Shown piece after piece: positions 1 to 14,600 of a stretch of 64,000 nt of DNA. This DNA comes from Sphyrna mokarran (lineage: Eukaryota), in the NCBI GenBank assembly GCA_024679065.1, contig JAGIQG010000008.1, forward strand, positions 52,266,001 through 52,330,000. The letters are read 5' to 3'. The number at the start of each line of letters is the position of its first letter. Positions within the stretch are counted from its first letter, which is position 1. A program made the position numbers and the translations under genes. The notes beneath the pieces were generated by a model that was not told the DNA's origin, did no database searches, and saw nothing but the letters and a program-made list of their open reading frames with translations.

Positions 1-1605
1 TATTATGCTGGCTGCTTTTCCCGAAGTAAGTGTAAATAGATGGGAGGCCAGTTCATGTGATGGACTGGGCTACGTCCACAGTTCTTTGTAGTTTCTTGCT
101 GTCTTAGAGCAGAAGCCATACCAAGCTGTGACACATCTGGGAAGAATGCTTTTTGTACAGGATGTGGACGTCATGGGCTAGGGCAGCAATTATTGCCTGT
201 CCCTTAATTGCTCCTGAGGAGACAGTGGTGAGCTACAATCCATGTGGCATAGGTATACTGCAGTACTGTTAGGGATTTTGATGCAGCAAAAGTAAAGAGA
301 CTATAGCTGGGATTTTCTGCTTCTGTTTTTATAGGGTGGGAATAATGATGATGAAAATCCCATGAGAAGACCAAACCGTGTTTCACGCCGATATAAAGGT
401 ATGATGCGATTGCTTTCGGCCCCCACCAGAAACATCATTACATCATCTATATGATATCAATCTTCCACATACAAGGAATACAGTGGAAAGTATTGTTTCT
501 TGTGAGCTACGTAGACAGAACAAGCCATTCGTGAAGTTCTTAGGGGAGCACCTGGTGCATCCCTCAGAGTAGAGAACATCACGGCTGGGAATTAACCAGA
601 TACTTGCCCTGGCACTCTCCCTGGCTCTGTTCAGGCAGTCCCAGGTGGCTGTATCGGACGGGGGGGACGCGGGCAGGGAGGTGGGATGGGGTCTTCTGCT
701 TTTATTTTTGTATACAAGGGTGGCCTTTAAAAGAGGTGCTCCAATCTTTAAAAAAACTAAGTTGATGGCAAGGTGAGCTTAATCAGAGCTCCCTGGCAAT
801 ATGGCATCATGGGACCTGGCCCTTGGATTTTCTTTCTCTAAGTTCCTAATAATACACCGGAGAAAGCAGCTGTTGGCTCTGGCAGCTTGAACACTGATTT
901 TCCCACCCGCTGCCACACTGCTAAAAGAAGAGAAAATTACATCCTATATCCTCCACCCATCGGATATGAGTTATTTACAAGAACAGCCCACACTAGGGCA
1001 GTTGTCAACTTGCAAACTGGTTGATCAACTAAAATTTTATGCACCAAACACTGCATGATTCCTTTTACAGAGCGCACTGCTGTAGTATTTATAACCAATG
1101 TTTTTCATATTTGCAGACATGTCTCTGAACTCTGAATGGACAGATGTCCCTTCATTATAAGTCAGAAATCTAGCTTGTGCCTCAAATTTGCTTCCTATGC
1201 ATTTCTCCATGTTTTTTGCAAAAATTACCTTTTTGGCCTTACTCCTTAATCTAATGTCAAGACTGAGACTAATATACAGCACACGAGTAAAAAGCATTGT
1301 GACTAGTACAATTTGTTTGGATTGATTTTCTGCTTCAGTATTCTCTAACGTGTGCCATTTCTTCAGTAAGCTGTTCATCACATAGTGATCCTTTTAAGCC
1401 ACACTTGAGGCCATTATTGACTGTTTTCTTAGTCAATCCTGGAGTTCATTTGCCTATTATTCCTGTTCCAATTTTGTTGTCTACTGAATAAGCAAATCTG
1501 CTAAAGGTGCTTTCATCCTCAATCTGTCTGCTTGGCTGGTACTCTTTTGAGGCATCAGACCTTTGACCCAACAGGTCTGCCACTCAAAGAACTGAACATA
1601 ACAGT

Positions 1606-2050
1606 ATAAAAACTAGGAGCAAGATTCAGTCATTTGGCCGCTCAAGCCTACTCTGGCATTCAATAAGATCATGACTGATCTCTTTGTGGACTCAGTTCCA
1701 CTTATCCGCCCACTCACCATAACTCTTAATTCCTTTACTGTTCAAAAATCTGTCCCTGCCCTAAAAATATTCAACAAGGTAGCCTCAACTGCTTCACTGG
1801 CAGGGGATTCCATGGATTCACAACCCTTTGGGTGAAGAAATTCCTCCTCAATTTAGTCCTAAATCTGGTATTTTGAGGCTACACTTCCTAGTTCTGCTTT
1901 CACCCGCCAGTGGAAATAATCTCCCTGCTTCTATCATATCTATTCCCTTCATAATTTTATATATCTCTGAGATCCCCCTTCATTCTTCTAAATTCCAATG
2001 AATATAATCCCAGTCTACTCGGTGCTCCTCATAAACCACCCCTCTCTATT
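1606..2050 (-). mobile_element. CR1 LINE 3' fragment
   Basis: Similar to the 3' end of 42881-44435 (gtgaagaaattcctcctcaa, gatccccctt). Confidence 0.85.
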
Positions 2051-2529
2051 TCAGAATTCAGTCTGGAAGGAAAGGTTAGTGTCAAACTGGTGATGTTTTA
2101 ATCTGCCTGCTCTGTGTACTGCTCGTGGATGTTAGGTTCACAGATGCTATGGCATTATGGAATCTGATGTAGTTCATGTCAGAAGTATACCTGCATGTCA
2201 TGGATACCATTTTGGAACCTCTTAGTGTTTAAACATGGAAGCTAATATGTCCAGTTTCATCTCTCTTTTCTAATAAAAATAGGCCAGCTCATAAAAGTTG
2301 AAGTTGGATGAAATTGTGATTTTTTTTAAAAAATTCATTTTGTGGGTACCACTGACATGTCCAGGATTTACTGCCCATCACCAATGGTCATTGAAAAGCT
2401 GCCCTCCTGTGACATATACAATCCAGAATTCCAAGATTTGCCCACAATGAAGGAATGGCAAAATGTTAACGTGAATGTTAAGGGTTACTACAAAAAGCAA
2501 GCTGCACCCATAAAGAAAGGCTCATTGGC

Positions 2530-2790
2530 AGACAGGGCATAATTTTAAGGTGAGGGACAGGAAGTTTAGAGGTTTTTCTTTAGAGAATGGTGGGAATTTG
2601 GAATACCCTGCCTGGGAGGGTAATAGAGGCAGGAATCCTCGTAACTTTTAAAAGGTACGTGAATGAGCTCTAGAAATGTCAATGTTCAAGGCTGTGGGAC
2701 AAATGCTGGATTAGTATAGGTATAATGTAGTTTTGTTGGTGCAGACTCAATGGGCTGAAGAGCTACTTCTATGTGAGTATATTACTCTGA
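2530..2790 (+). mobile_element. CR1 LINE 3' fragment
   Basis: gggcataattttaagg...tggaataccctgcctg...tgggctgaag; same type as 32345-32710. Confidence 0.7.
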
Positions 2791-4894
2791 AACATCAAAA
2801 GCTGCAGTGAGCACAAGGTTGGCGTTTGATTTCGCTGTTGGACAAAGGGTAACTGGGGGCATGAGTGACATCTCCTGGCAGTGAATTAAATTGTGTTGAA
2901 ATCTTGACTTCCCAGTTTGATACAAACACACATGAACATAAGGTACTTAACAGATAGATTACCTTGATTTTACTTGCTAGCGAGGGGAATCAGTTCCTGA
3001 CACAATGGGTCAAGAGAAGAATATCATCCTGGTTCTACAAGTCTGCAGCTCACAGTCAGCTGGACACAATCAAATCAAAGGTGTTTCAAATGACATACTT
3101 TACATATTGATCCAATAGTAAAAAATACTGAATCACCCTGATCTCTGAGATCACGATACCTCTTGGGATACCCCAATACATCATCCTAAGCCTATCTCTA
3201 GTCTCTTAGTCAGACATCATGTCTCTATTTTTGATAGCAGCCTCACAAAGTACCTTCTCTAAAACAGTCTCACACGGGCATCCTTTAATTGATAAACAGG
3301 GCCTACTAAAGCCATCAATATTTTATGGCCTTGTCAGTGAAGTTAACTGAATCTCTAAGGGATGTGGTCAATTCAACTTGCCTTCAGGATATTTTTCAAC
3401 TATAGCCCTGATAAGTTTTGTTTATTGCCAACATAATGAAACATATGTATACATTGCTTATCAATTCAATGACTGAGCTTTTGATCACTATCTACAGTTT
3501 CAAGGTGTATCATTACATTACCGTTAATTTTGTCAGTTCCCACTAAGTCCTCTACTATAACTCTTTTGTTGGCTAAGACATTAATGTCTTTCTGCTTCTG
3601 TTTTGATTAGAAACTGTGAAGGCAGCTCCATTAAAGCTCACTCAGTTATCAGTTATTTCTGACAAGGTGTCTGGTAAGGCAATTAAGTCTCCTTCATGGC
3701 ATTGTAATTCCAATAGTTGGGTGCACTAAAGGATTGTATCAAATATATGTCTGATATCAAAAGGGCACTCTGTAACTGTGCATCTAAGTTTCTTTGTTTA
3801 ATTTCTAAAAATGTATAGAAGACATATTTATATGTATGGATTAAATGAAGGTATTACATGTACCTTTAAAACTACAAAGTGTTTAAAATGCCTCATTACA
3901 ATTAATAACAAACATGCTGCCCATTGATAGAGTGAATTCTCCACGTTGATTAAACAAAAGCCTTAACTGAGTCTACCAATCTTACAGTAGCCCTTTTCTT
4001 TTAAATCTTTCTGCAATCGGAACAGAGACAAGGGGACATACAGTTTAACTGATGTGTTAGTCATTTTATTCAAAGTTATATAATGGGCTTGTCATTATAT
4101 TCTGGTACTGTACTGTGAAGGATGATTGTTTGTGCTTAAGACTCCTGATGTACAAACAATGTATTTCTGGCTTCCTGATGCACAAAAGTTGAAAATCAAA
4201 AAAGATTATAAACACAGGAATATGCACAGTGATATACAAGCATTTAATGTTGCCCTGCACCTCGGAGAAGCCTAGAATCTTTGTAAACTCTCACAAATAT
4301 TCTGCCTGAATCCTCATGATAAGATGAAATGAGAAAAATTTACCTTGCTTTTCTATGGAGAGCCACAAGAAATTCCTTTATTAAATATTCTGGTTTGTCA
4401 GAGTATTACAAACCACGAGTTATCACTGATACCTCCAGCTTCAGTCTGGAAACAGCCAGAAAGCTTATAAACATGGTCACTTGCAAAGTGGCAAATAACA
4501 ACGTGGTCCTTAATTGCCCTACACTGAAGTTGGTCATCCAGCTACTGCAATTGGCAGATTACAAAGAGAACCACCTCAGTAAAGCACAGAAATCTAAGTT
4601 AAGTGGTTGTCACTGAAGGTCAGGTCTGTAAATACGGTTTTGATTGCACTGGTTTTTGAACACTAAGCGAGCTTTCAAGATTACAAATGCTTAAGACTCT
4701 CACTATGTAATGTACAAACAATTACTCTTGACCCGCATGCCCTGTGGATTTTGTTGAAACTCAGTTTCAGCACCTTCAGTAATTTTGAGATTGAAGTTGC
4801 CAATTAATTTTCAAATTGATAATTTTGCAATTGTCTTTACATTTTGCATGACCAAAAATCTTTAGAAAGCAGCTTCCAAACCCACAACCATTTC

Positions 4895-5180
4895 CATCTT
4901 GAAGGACAAGGGCAGCAGATTCATGGGAACACAGCCACCTACAAGCTGCCCTCCAAGTCACTCACCTTTCTGACTTGGAACTATATTGCTGTTCCTTCAC
5001 AGCCGCTGGGTCAAAATATTGGAATTCCCTCCCTCACGGTATGGTGGGTCAACCCACAGCACGTGGACTGCAATGTTTCCAGAAGGCAGCTCACCACTAT
5101 CTTCTCAAGTGCAACTTGGGATGGGCAGTAAATGCTGGCCAGCCAGCGACACTAATGTCCCACGAATGAATGAAAAAAAT
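4895..5180 (+). mobile_element. 3' tail of the second-family LINE
   Basis: Matches 12380-12665 and 41270-41543. Confidence 0.75.
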
Positions 5181-8100
5181 TGTTTTGGAGAAGCAGTGGA
5201 CACTGTAAATACAGATTGCATCTTCTACTTGTGTTACATCTTTGATGTGATATCAAGGCACTCCATAGGGGCATTATAAAACAATATATGACAACAGACC
5301 ACATAAGGAGATGACCAAAAGCTTGATCAAAGAGGGAGATTTTAAGGATGTCATAAAGGAAAAAAGCGACGTAACAAGGTGGAGAGTTTTAGACGGAGGG
5401 AATTCCAGAGTTTAAGGCCTCAGCAAAATGCATGCTGAAGTTTACCTTCCTCAGCAGTAACTAACTGAAAAGTATTTCCAGTTTTTTGGCACTTTCAAGA
5501 AACAGTTCTGTTACATCAGCTGTGTTAGCTAAAGATACTCTTGCTTAATGAACAAAAACACCATGTGTGAGCGACATGTATGTTTACAATACAGTAATGG
5601 ATAGTAATAAATTATTATATAAAAATAAATAATAAATTGGTCATAAACTATTCAGAGGAGGTGCCACTCTACTCAAGGAAAGTCACCTAGAGTGGACAAG
5701 GCAGATTGCAAAGAATATAGAAGAAGTCTGGTGACCCTCAACCAAGAGCAGACAGAACACAACAGTAACAAGATTGGAGAAGTCAGTACTCTGATCAACT
5801 TAACTGTCCAGAGTTGGTATTTGTAAGAACACATTGTGCCTGCTGCCTTACTAAGTAGTATTTTTAATACGACTTGTCCTTCTACTTACTAGACTTATTA
5901 CAGCTTATACAAAATGCCTCATATCCCAAGGCACCAGTGACTAGTCAGAACTAAACATCTCATAAGTTCGCTCTGACTTACACTGAGACCCCCTCACAAG
6001 CTCCAGGAGGCATGACTGCAACCAGATCCATGTTATGAGAGTATCCACATCCTTTATTTCTGTTGTTAATGCTATCACAACCTTCGACTCTTTTCCAGGC
6101 GCATATCTGATAACGTTGCTTTCTGATGTGTCCAGGCTTTGGAAACGTGGGGCAAAATCATCTGGAAGGTCTCAGCTGCCTGCTGGAGAGCTGGTGAGAC
6201 TCCCACATCCTTTGAAGATGTGAAGGAGATTTTAAATGACCCAGTAGCTACTCTGCCGGGCTTTTCTTGTGGCAATTGAGTCTCTTTCAGACATTCTGGG
6301 ACGTAATTAACTTATGTTGTTTCGACCAGTACTTGTACAAAATTAAGCAAGCACATTAGTGTTCAACAAATCATCAAAGTCAATTGTAAAGAACAGTGGA
6401 AAGTAGAAGAAGTGCCAAAATCAGGTAAGTGTTATTGTGACATTTTGTGTTCATTAAATTGGAATAAAGGAGCCTGCAAGCACATTAAAATGTACTTAGC
6501 AACATCCAACAGAATAAGATACAATTCTGAATCAATCACAGATAAATCTGAATGAGTGACAATTGCAATTTCATTGTACACCACACTGGGGGTGGATATA
6601 AACACAAAGCTGCAAGACAAATCTATTCATATTCCCAGCTGTATTCCATCTGAAATGCTGAATCCCAATCTTTAACAACCTTTCTGAAACATATTCAGCA
6701 GCCAAACCCATCACCCAAGGCAGCAATAACAAGGTGAACCTTACTATGAACGGCATTCAATTAAGAATCGAGAATTTATGTAACCAAATTAAAAGGACAC
6801 AGCCTCCTGACGGTTGAGAGTCCATGTTCAGCCAATTAGGGCACCCCCTCCTAAATCCAAATCTCACCACTGGATAAGGGCAACAGTGAGTGGGCCAGGT
6901 GAGAGTGTTCAGTGCCACTTCCATTTCAGGCTAAATTACCCCAGACAAGAACTGAATGCACAGAATTGTAACCTGACCCTTTGCTAAATCTTACACTTGC
7001 TGATCACAAAGCATGGGGAAACTGTGAGGAGTGTGGCTCTGTGACACAGGGAGGATGAAACTGTGTGGCAATGTATTACTAGAGATTTCATCGCAATAAC
7101 TTGCCCGATGCAATGGATTATAATCCTAGCATTTTTGGGGGGCTAATTTGGATCAGGATTCTCGGATGATCACTGTCAGTTCGGGTCAAGAAAGATAGTC
7201 CTCACAGGCACTTAAGTGTGTCTAAAGAACTGATCTAACTCTCCTCATTGGAAAGGAATTGCCAGAGAATATTACTGTCCTCCGCATAGCTTTTTAAACA
7301 AATTTTAGCTGGATTATAATAACCAGGATATTGTACAGGTTGAAACATCTCTTATCAGCAATGTACTTATCTACAGGTGAGTGTATTGAAACAGGTTTCT
7401 GAGACAATATATTTTCTAAATGATATAAGAGTTTATTAAAGAACTGGACATGCATTTCATGTTTGATAGCAATTTAATTGCAACAGTTAATATTTCTGGG
7501 AAAGATAACAATGTTGCTTCTATTAGAGAATCCAGTTCTTTTTAATGTCACAGAGATAGTTAAGACATCCATCAATATTCAAAGTAGCATCTACATTAAA
7601 TCCCTGAGCAGAATACTACCAAGTCTCACAAGATATCTCTATCCCAATTAAGAGGAAAACTATTTTCATCACATTATAGCACATCCTTGCCTTGAGACTC
7701 ACTGGAGTGAATTCAACAAATCTAAGAATCCTACTGTGCAGCTCAATATTCATACACTAAAAGAGCTAAACCAGCAGGAAACATGTTGAGCACAAATTTA
7801 TTTTTGTCAACATTCTTCAAGCAAACAGGAACTAGAGAGGTTGTTGGAGTTTCAAAATTAGTGTAATGATCATTTTGTATCCTGAATCAATATGTTACTT
7901 CATATAATAAACTAACATGGCCAGATATCATTTTGAACTATTACATTTTAAATACTAAACAAATTATTACATTATTGAAAACTAGACAGATTAGTCAAAT
8001 AAAAAGCCTTTATTGTGAGACAATTAAAGAAAAGCAATGAATCAATAGAGCATTAGTAAGGTTGGTAATACAACCTGTAGCACAAAATTTGTAATGTTTT

Positions 8101-10114
8101 ATGTTTTATAATTACGTGAAATTAACACTTAATTTGAAATAAACTGACCATAAATCATGGTAATTATAAAATGACGTCTAACAAATCAGTCTTGGAAGAA
8201 TGTCTTGAAGACCTTTGATACATTATATTCTTGACAAGCTACATTCAATCAGATAATGAACAAGACTTTATTCAAGCTGCCTCATTTTATTTTAGTGAGG
8301 CTTTGTATTAAAACAGCAGGAAATTACAAATCAGTTGAGAGAGAACGTGTCGGCATAATGGACAAATAATCCAGAAACTAATTCTTAGGAACATAAGTTC
8401 AAATCCCACCATGACTGCTGGTGGAAAGACTTAGTGAGTGTTAGATCAACCATGACCTTATTAAATGGCAGGCTCAAAGGGCTGAATGGCCTGCCCCTAT
8501 TTCTTATGGTCATATGTTAACCAATTACAGTTTGACACTTAAGCTACATTTCTTTTCTTGAGTTAGCCTAGCAGAAGCCATTTCCTTAAAGTTGAGTCAA
8601 CTGCATAATTAGATAAAACCAATAAAGTTAGATCTTGTCTCATCATTGATAAATTATGGATCAATTAATTATTTCCAATATTATCTTTCAAGTACAAAAT
8701 AAAGATTTTGAGAAGCCATTTTTGTTTCCATGTTATCCATGTTTTGGGATTATTGTTTTAAATTTCTGGTTTGATCAATCCAGGGAAGTTGTGAGAAGTC
8801 TATTCAATTGTTAAAGTTAAGTTTGCTCTTTTCATTGTTAATTTATATTTTCATAGAATCATAGAACCCTACAGTGCAGAAAGAGGCCCTTTGGCCCATC
8901 GAGTCTGCATCGAATTTTGTTGCTTATCTCTCTGATTTGTTATCTTTCTACTTTTTAATGATTAATAAATTTCTGAATTTAACATTTGAAGTGTTCATCC
9001 TTGTTGGATTAGAGAACAGAATTTGATTTACAACTGGGAATTTATTGCAAATAATACGTAAACCATAAATTCAATCAGAAGTTGCGGTTAGTGATCACTT
9101 CATTGCAACAGCCAGTTTCTAGGACTCAATTAACAAGTTATTTCAGAATATCCTTATGGTTATCCATTGTTAGATTGTAGTGCCTTACAATTATTGGTGC
9201 CTTGCTGAGTTGATGTAAAAGCAAGTTCTTTTGACCAACACATCCATCGTTGTGACACATTGCCTCCCTGCACTAATTGAAAAGTTAAAAAAAGATTCAT
9301 TACCCAAATGGATGATACTTGACTGTCAACGAAACAGCCCTTTCCCCCATTGTTCACTTTTTGATGTCTGATAAAGAGAAATGTTTAAATTGCAAAAATT
9401 TCTCACTTTTTAAAATCTCCCTGTTTAATTTTTCTCCAAAGCTGCACTGTCCTGGAAATTGGTCTTCAATTCCTTAGGACTCCAGGCCAGTCTTGAAGGC
9501 TTGCAACCGTACACAGAGAAAAAGGACTTGTACAAATAAATTCTAACTCTGAGAGAATGTTGGAGCCTGAGGAAATGCAGAAAAGTGATTCACCTATATT
9601 ATAACTAAGTCCAGTATATAAAATAATTCAGATAATGGTTAATTAACTATCTCTAGCAGGTTCAGTTAAAATAGTGATACTAACATTGAAGGGTTTTGAA
9701 TTTTCAATTAATGTCTGACATATATAAATAAGAATCAAATAATGAATAAACAAAAGAATAAAGATAGATGGAAACAAGGAGCATAAAAAAATTTAAAGAA
9801 CAGCCCCTAATATTAGTTTAATTTTATTTCTACAATTAGATTAATACATATAGCATGATTAGACAGGGACAACAGTGCAGATGGTGTTCACTGCGACGTT
9901 ATGGGAGTTTGTGTGATCTCTGATGCAGTATGTGCCTGCATCTTGAGTAGAGAAGATAACCAATTGCCCAGGTCACTGACTAGCTTATTTGAGCTTATGA
10001 AATAGCATACTTGGCATTGTGAGGGTGGGGCGGGGCAGGCAGGGGGGCAAATTGACATAATTTTTTGTCTGACACCTAACCCATACGCTTTCAGAAAATT
10101 GCAGAGCTGGAGGC

Positions 10115-11615
10115 AATATGGATTGTTTATTTTATTGAAAGGTTGCTGAACGTTGCAAGTTGAACGAACTTAGAGCCAAACTCACTTTCCAAAGAGAACT
10201 GAAGGATTGCTGTGTGCTCCGTTTCACAGAGACCTGGCTCACTCCTGCTTCACCAGACAATGCCTGACAACCAGAGGGCTTCTCAATCCATTGAATGGAC
10301 CATACAGTGGCCTTAGCAAGGCTAGGGGAGGTGAGTGCTTGCTTCTTAATTAACACCTCGTGGTACCTAGACATAGCAACACTGGCAACTTTTGGTTCCT
10401 CAGACCTAGAATACCTGACACTAAAATGCTGCCTCAACTACTTTCCACAGGAGATTACCTCCGTTATCCTGATAGCAATTTACATCCCACCCCATGTGGA
10501 CATGAAGATTGTGCTGGACAAAATACGCACCACTGCGAATAACCTTGAGATGAAACATCCCGAAGCCTTGTTTATTGTACCTGGGGACTTCAACTAGGCA
10601 AGCTCAGGAGTGTTAACACCAACATGTCTCCTGCTCCACCAGAGGCTCAAACATCCTGCTACACAAATACCAAATGTGCCTACAGTTCTACTGCCCACCC
10701 TCACTTTAGCAAATCAGACCACAGGGCTGTGCTCCTGCTCCCAGCTTACAAGCAAAAGCTGAAGTGGGAGAATCCATCAAAGAGAGTCGTGCAATGTTAG
10801 TCTGCACTTCTACAGGGCTGCTTGGAGTCAATGGACTGGTCAGTATTTAAAAACTGTGCAATCACCCTGAACGAGTAGCTATTACAGTAACTGACTTCAT
10901 TAGTAAGTGTGTAGAAGACTATGTGCCAAAGAAGCAAATCCATGTGCTCCCCAGACAAAAAACATGAATGAACAGTGCTATCTACTGAATCATAGAAACC
11001 CTACAGTACAGAAAGAGGCCTTTTGGCCCATCAAGTCTGCACCAACAACAACCCTAACCAGGCTCTGTCCTCATATCCCTACATATTTTCCTGCTAATCC
11101 CTTTAATCTACATATCTCAGGACACTAAGAGGCAATTTGTTAGCAAAACTAATCAACTTAACCTGCACATCTTTGGACTGTGGAAGGAAACGGAAAACCC
11201 GGAGGAAACCCTCACAGACACGAGGAGAATGTGCAAACTCCACACAGACAGTGAGCCAAGCCGGGAATCGAACCCAGGACCCTGGAGCTGTGAAGGATTT
11301 GGCATGTCAGCTACAACTCTCAACAACTTTTACAGATGCACCATAGAAAGCATTCCCTCTGGTTGTATCACAGCTTAGTATGGTTCCTGTTCTGCCCAAG
11401 ACTGCAAGGAACTACAAGTGGTTGTGAATGTAGCCCAATCCATCATGTAAACCAGCCTCCCATCCATTGATTCTGTCCACACTTCCCACTGCCTCCGCAA
11501 GGTAGAGAGCACAATTAAGGACTGCATGCACCCCAGACATTCTCTCTCCTTCAGGAAAAGGATGCAAAAGTCTGAGGTCACATACCAAATCAACTCAAGA
11601 ACAGTTTCTTCCCTG
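10115..11615 (+). mobile_element. Rex1/Babar-like LINE relic (APE endonuclease plus 3' end, RT deleted), interrupted by a SINE
   Basis: FTETWL, CFLINTSW, LEYLTLKC..YFPQEITSVILIAIYIPP and HPEALFIVPGDFN. The 3' part (ttttacagatgcaccatagaaagc...) also matches 1-160 on the minus strand. Confidence 0.8.
10988..11293 (-). mobile_element. HE1-like V-SINE
   Basis: tRNA-derived B box (gggttcgattcccggc), V domain (gtgtggagtttgcacattctcc...gggtttcctccggg) and CR1-type tail. Confidence 0.88.
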
Positions 11616-12665
11616 CTCAGCTCCAGGACATCATTGTAAGATTTTCTCAGGGTAATGTCCTAGGCTCAACCATCCCCAGGTTGCGTCATCAATTATCTTC
11701 CTTCCATCATAAGGTCAGAAGTGGGGATGTTCACTGGTGACTGCACAATGTTCACTATCATTCACGACATCTCCAACATTGAAGCAATATCTAAGGTGGT
11801 ATTTTACAGCCTCACTTGACCTGAGACCAGAAAATCCCACCCAAATGTCAACGGACTTTCCCACGGCGTTAATGTCCGAATGCAAGACCTCGACAACATC
11901 CAGGCTGGGGCTAATAAGTTGTAGTTTATTTGTGTCACACTAGTACCAGGCAATGATCATTTCCAAGTAGGGAAGATCTAATCATTACCACCATTGAATT
12001 CCCCCACTAACAACATTGTGCAGGTTACCATTGACGAGAAACTAAACTAGACTAGCCATATAAATATCGTGGCTACAAGAACAGATTGAAGGCTAGGAAT
12101 CTACGGCAAGTGACTCACCTCCTGACTCTCTAAAGCCTATCCAGTTTCTACAAGCGGAGAGTGTAATGGAATACTCTCCACTTGCCTGTATGGGTGCAGC
12201 TCCAATAACACTCAAGAACCTCAATAACATCCAAGATAAAGTAGCCCACTTGATTGCTACTCCTTTCACAAATATTCAATCTCTCCACCACCAACAAAAA
12301 GATATAACCGTGTGTACCATGAACAAGATGCAGGAACTCACTAAGGTTCCTTCAGCAGCACCCTCCAAACAGATAACTGCCATGATCTGGAAGGATAGAA
12401 CAGCAGAGGCCTGGGAATATTAACACATGGAGGTTCACCTCTAAATCATTCACCATTCTGACTTTGAAATGTATCACTGATCCTTCACTGTCAATGGCTC
12501 AAAATCCTGGAATTCCCTCCCTAACAGCACTGTGTGTATGTACATCTCAGCAATTGCAGCAGGTCAAGAAAGCAGCTCACCACCACCACCTTCTCAAGGG
12601 CAATTAGGGGTGAGCAATAAATGCTAGCCTATGGAGCGATGCCCATATCCAGTAAATAAATTTTA
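11616..12665 (+). mobile_element. CR1/L2-clade LINE, second family, RT to 3' end
   Basis: ctcagggtaatgtcctaggc (PQGSVLGP-like), MEYSPLAxM, and tail ttctcaagggcaattaggg..gcaataaatgct. Confidence 0.8.
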
Positions 12666-13549
12666 AAAATATAAAAATACTGGAGCATTCAAGGACTAGC
12701 AGCAATGCAGTAAGAAATTGAGTTGCAGTTCAAAGAAACAAACCTTATTAATAATGAAGCTTTGGCTGAGTGATTAATTTATGGTCTTGTAATTCACAGA
12801 TCAAAAGGAACCACAAGTCCAAATATAAAGGCTTATAGAATTGGACATGAAACTGTTACTTGGTACATTTAATTGACTAGAGGGTAAAGGTATTAACATG
12901 GGAACATTATATCTAGTGCTCTGGTACAACATGAGCATGCCTATGTGTTTGAAATGTTGGGATAATTCTGTGGTACAGAAATGATATAGACTGTAATCCG
13001 GTATATCTTTCGTATAAGATTTCAGGGACCAGGGTATGGTATTTAAACTTTGCTTATTTTTGTATTTAATCTGAGCAAACAATGAAAGATTGTTTTGGAA
13101 GAGGTCTGTTTTAAATGTAATTATTTTTTTCCCCGCTCGATTTGATTTTCTTGATGTCAGTGGTATGTACTTGTGGAAGCATTAGTTTGCTTCAAGCACA
13201 TTTCAAACTCAATGCCCATAAAACACAGGCAAGGTTAAGCAAAGCTTGTGCTAGGATAACTGGGAAAGGGCTTGCATTTATGTTGTGAATTATCTCAAAG
13301 CGGTTCATAATCAATTTGTCTTTGAATTTCCTTCATTGACTTTATGTGGGCAAATAGAGAAGGCAATTCGACAGAAGGCAGCACATTGGCTTAGCACTGC
13401 TCCAGGGACCCGTATTCAAATCTGGCCTCAGATGATGGACTGTGTGGAGTCTGCATGTTCTCTCTGTGCCTTCTTGAACTGTTGCAGTCCATGTGGTATA
13501 ATTTACATCCATAATGCTTAACGTATTTGTAATGAAGATAAATCAAGCA

Positions 13550-13830
13550 GACGATGGCACAGTGCTTAGCACTTTTGCCTCAAAGTGCCAGGGACTGAGG
13601 TTTGATTCCTGGCTTGGATCACTGGCTGCATGGGTTTCCTCTGGCGCTCTGGTTTTCTTCCACTGTCCAAAGATGTGCAGGATAGGTGGATTGGCTATGC
13701 TAAATTGCCCTTAGAGGCGGGGGATTAATAGGGTAAATAGCAGAGTTACGGGGATAGAATCTGGGTGGGATTGTTGTTGGTGCAGGCTCAAAAGGCCAAA
13801 TGGCTTTCCTCCTTCACTGAAGGGATTCAA
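13550..13830 (+). mobile_element. HE1-like V-SINE
   Basis: tggcacagtgcttagcac A box, B box and partial V domain. A second head fragment lies at about 13375-13468. Confidence 0.82.
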
Positions 13831-14317
13831 TGTCATAGCAGTGTCCCACTGACTTAAACTGAGAGAACTGACTGACTATTGGCGTTAAAGAATGTAGATC
13901 TTCTTCACTGAACACGAGATCTTAATGTTGTCATCAGGAGGTCTCATCTGAGCTACAGTACCATTCCCAAATACTGCACTGTTGCATAGGAGCATAAGCT
14001 TAGTTTCCAAATCCTGGAGTGGGGACTTTCAGGACAGAAATGTTACAATGAAGAAGGCACCAGCTCGCCAAAGGAGCATCTTGATTTAGTGCCATTCTCT
14101 TACCTTTTCCCCAAACCCCTGACCTGACTAAAGTGCATGTGGACTGCAGTAGTAATCCATAATAATTATTAGTTCAAAAGCTGATAAATTGTTTTCTTCC
14201 AATTTGTAACGCTGTACAAGAGGACATTATGGATTGATTACTGCTTTAATTTCAGTAATAATCCCTGGCTGCCTAATAGATGCACCAATGTACTCAAGAG
14301 GCAAGTTGGAAAGCAAA

Positions 14318-14600
14318 TGGGTGGTACAGCGGTTAGTACTGCTGCTTCACAGCACCAGGGACCTGGGTTCAATTCCCAGTTTGGGTCACTGTGGGTACGG
14401 AGTCTGCACATTCTCCCCGTCTCTGCAGGAGTTTCCTCCAGGTGCTCTGGTTTTCTCCCACAGTTTTAAAGATGTGCTGGCAAAGTACATTTGCCCAAAC
14501 AGGCACCACCACAGTGTGGTGACTCGGGGGATTTCACAGTAATTTCATTGCAATGTAATATAAGCCTTACTTGTGATTAATATATAAATTTTTCAAACTT
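14318..14600 (+). mobile_element. V-SINE with an alternative 3' tail
   Basis: HE1-like head and V domain, then gggatttcacagtaatttcattgcaatg..agccttacttgtga. This tail is shared with 49872-50130 and 61280-61390. Confidence 0.8.
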
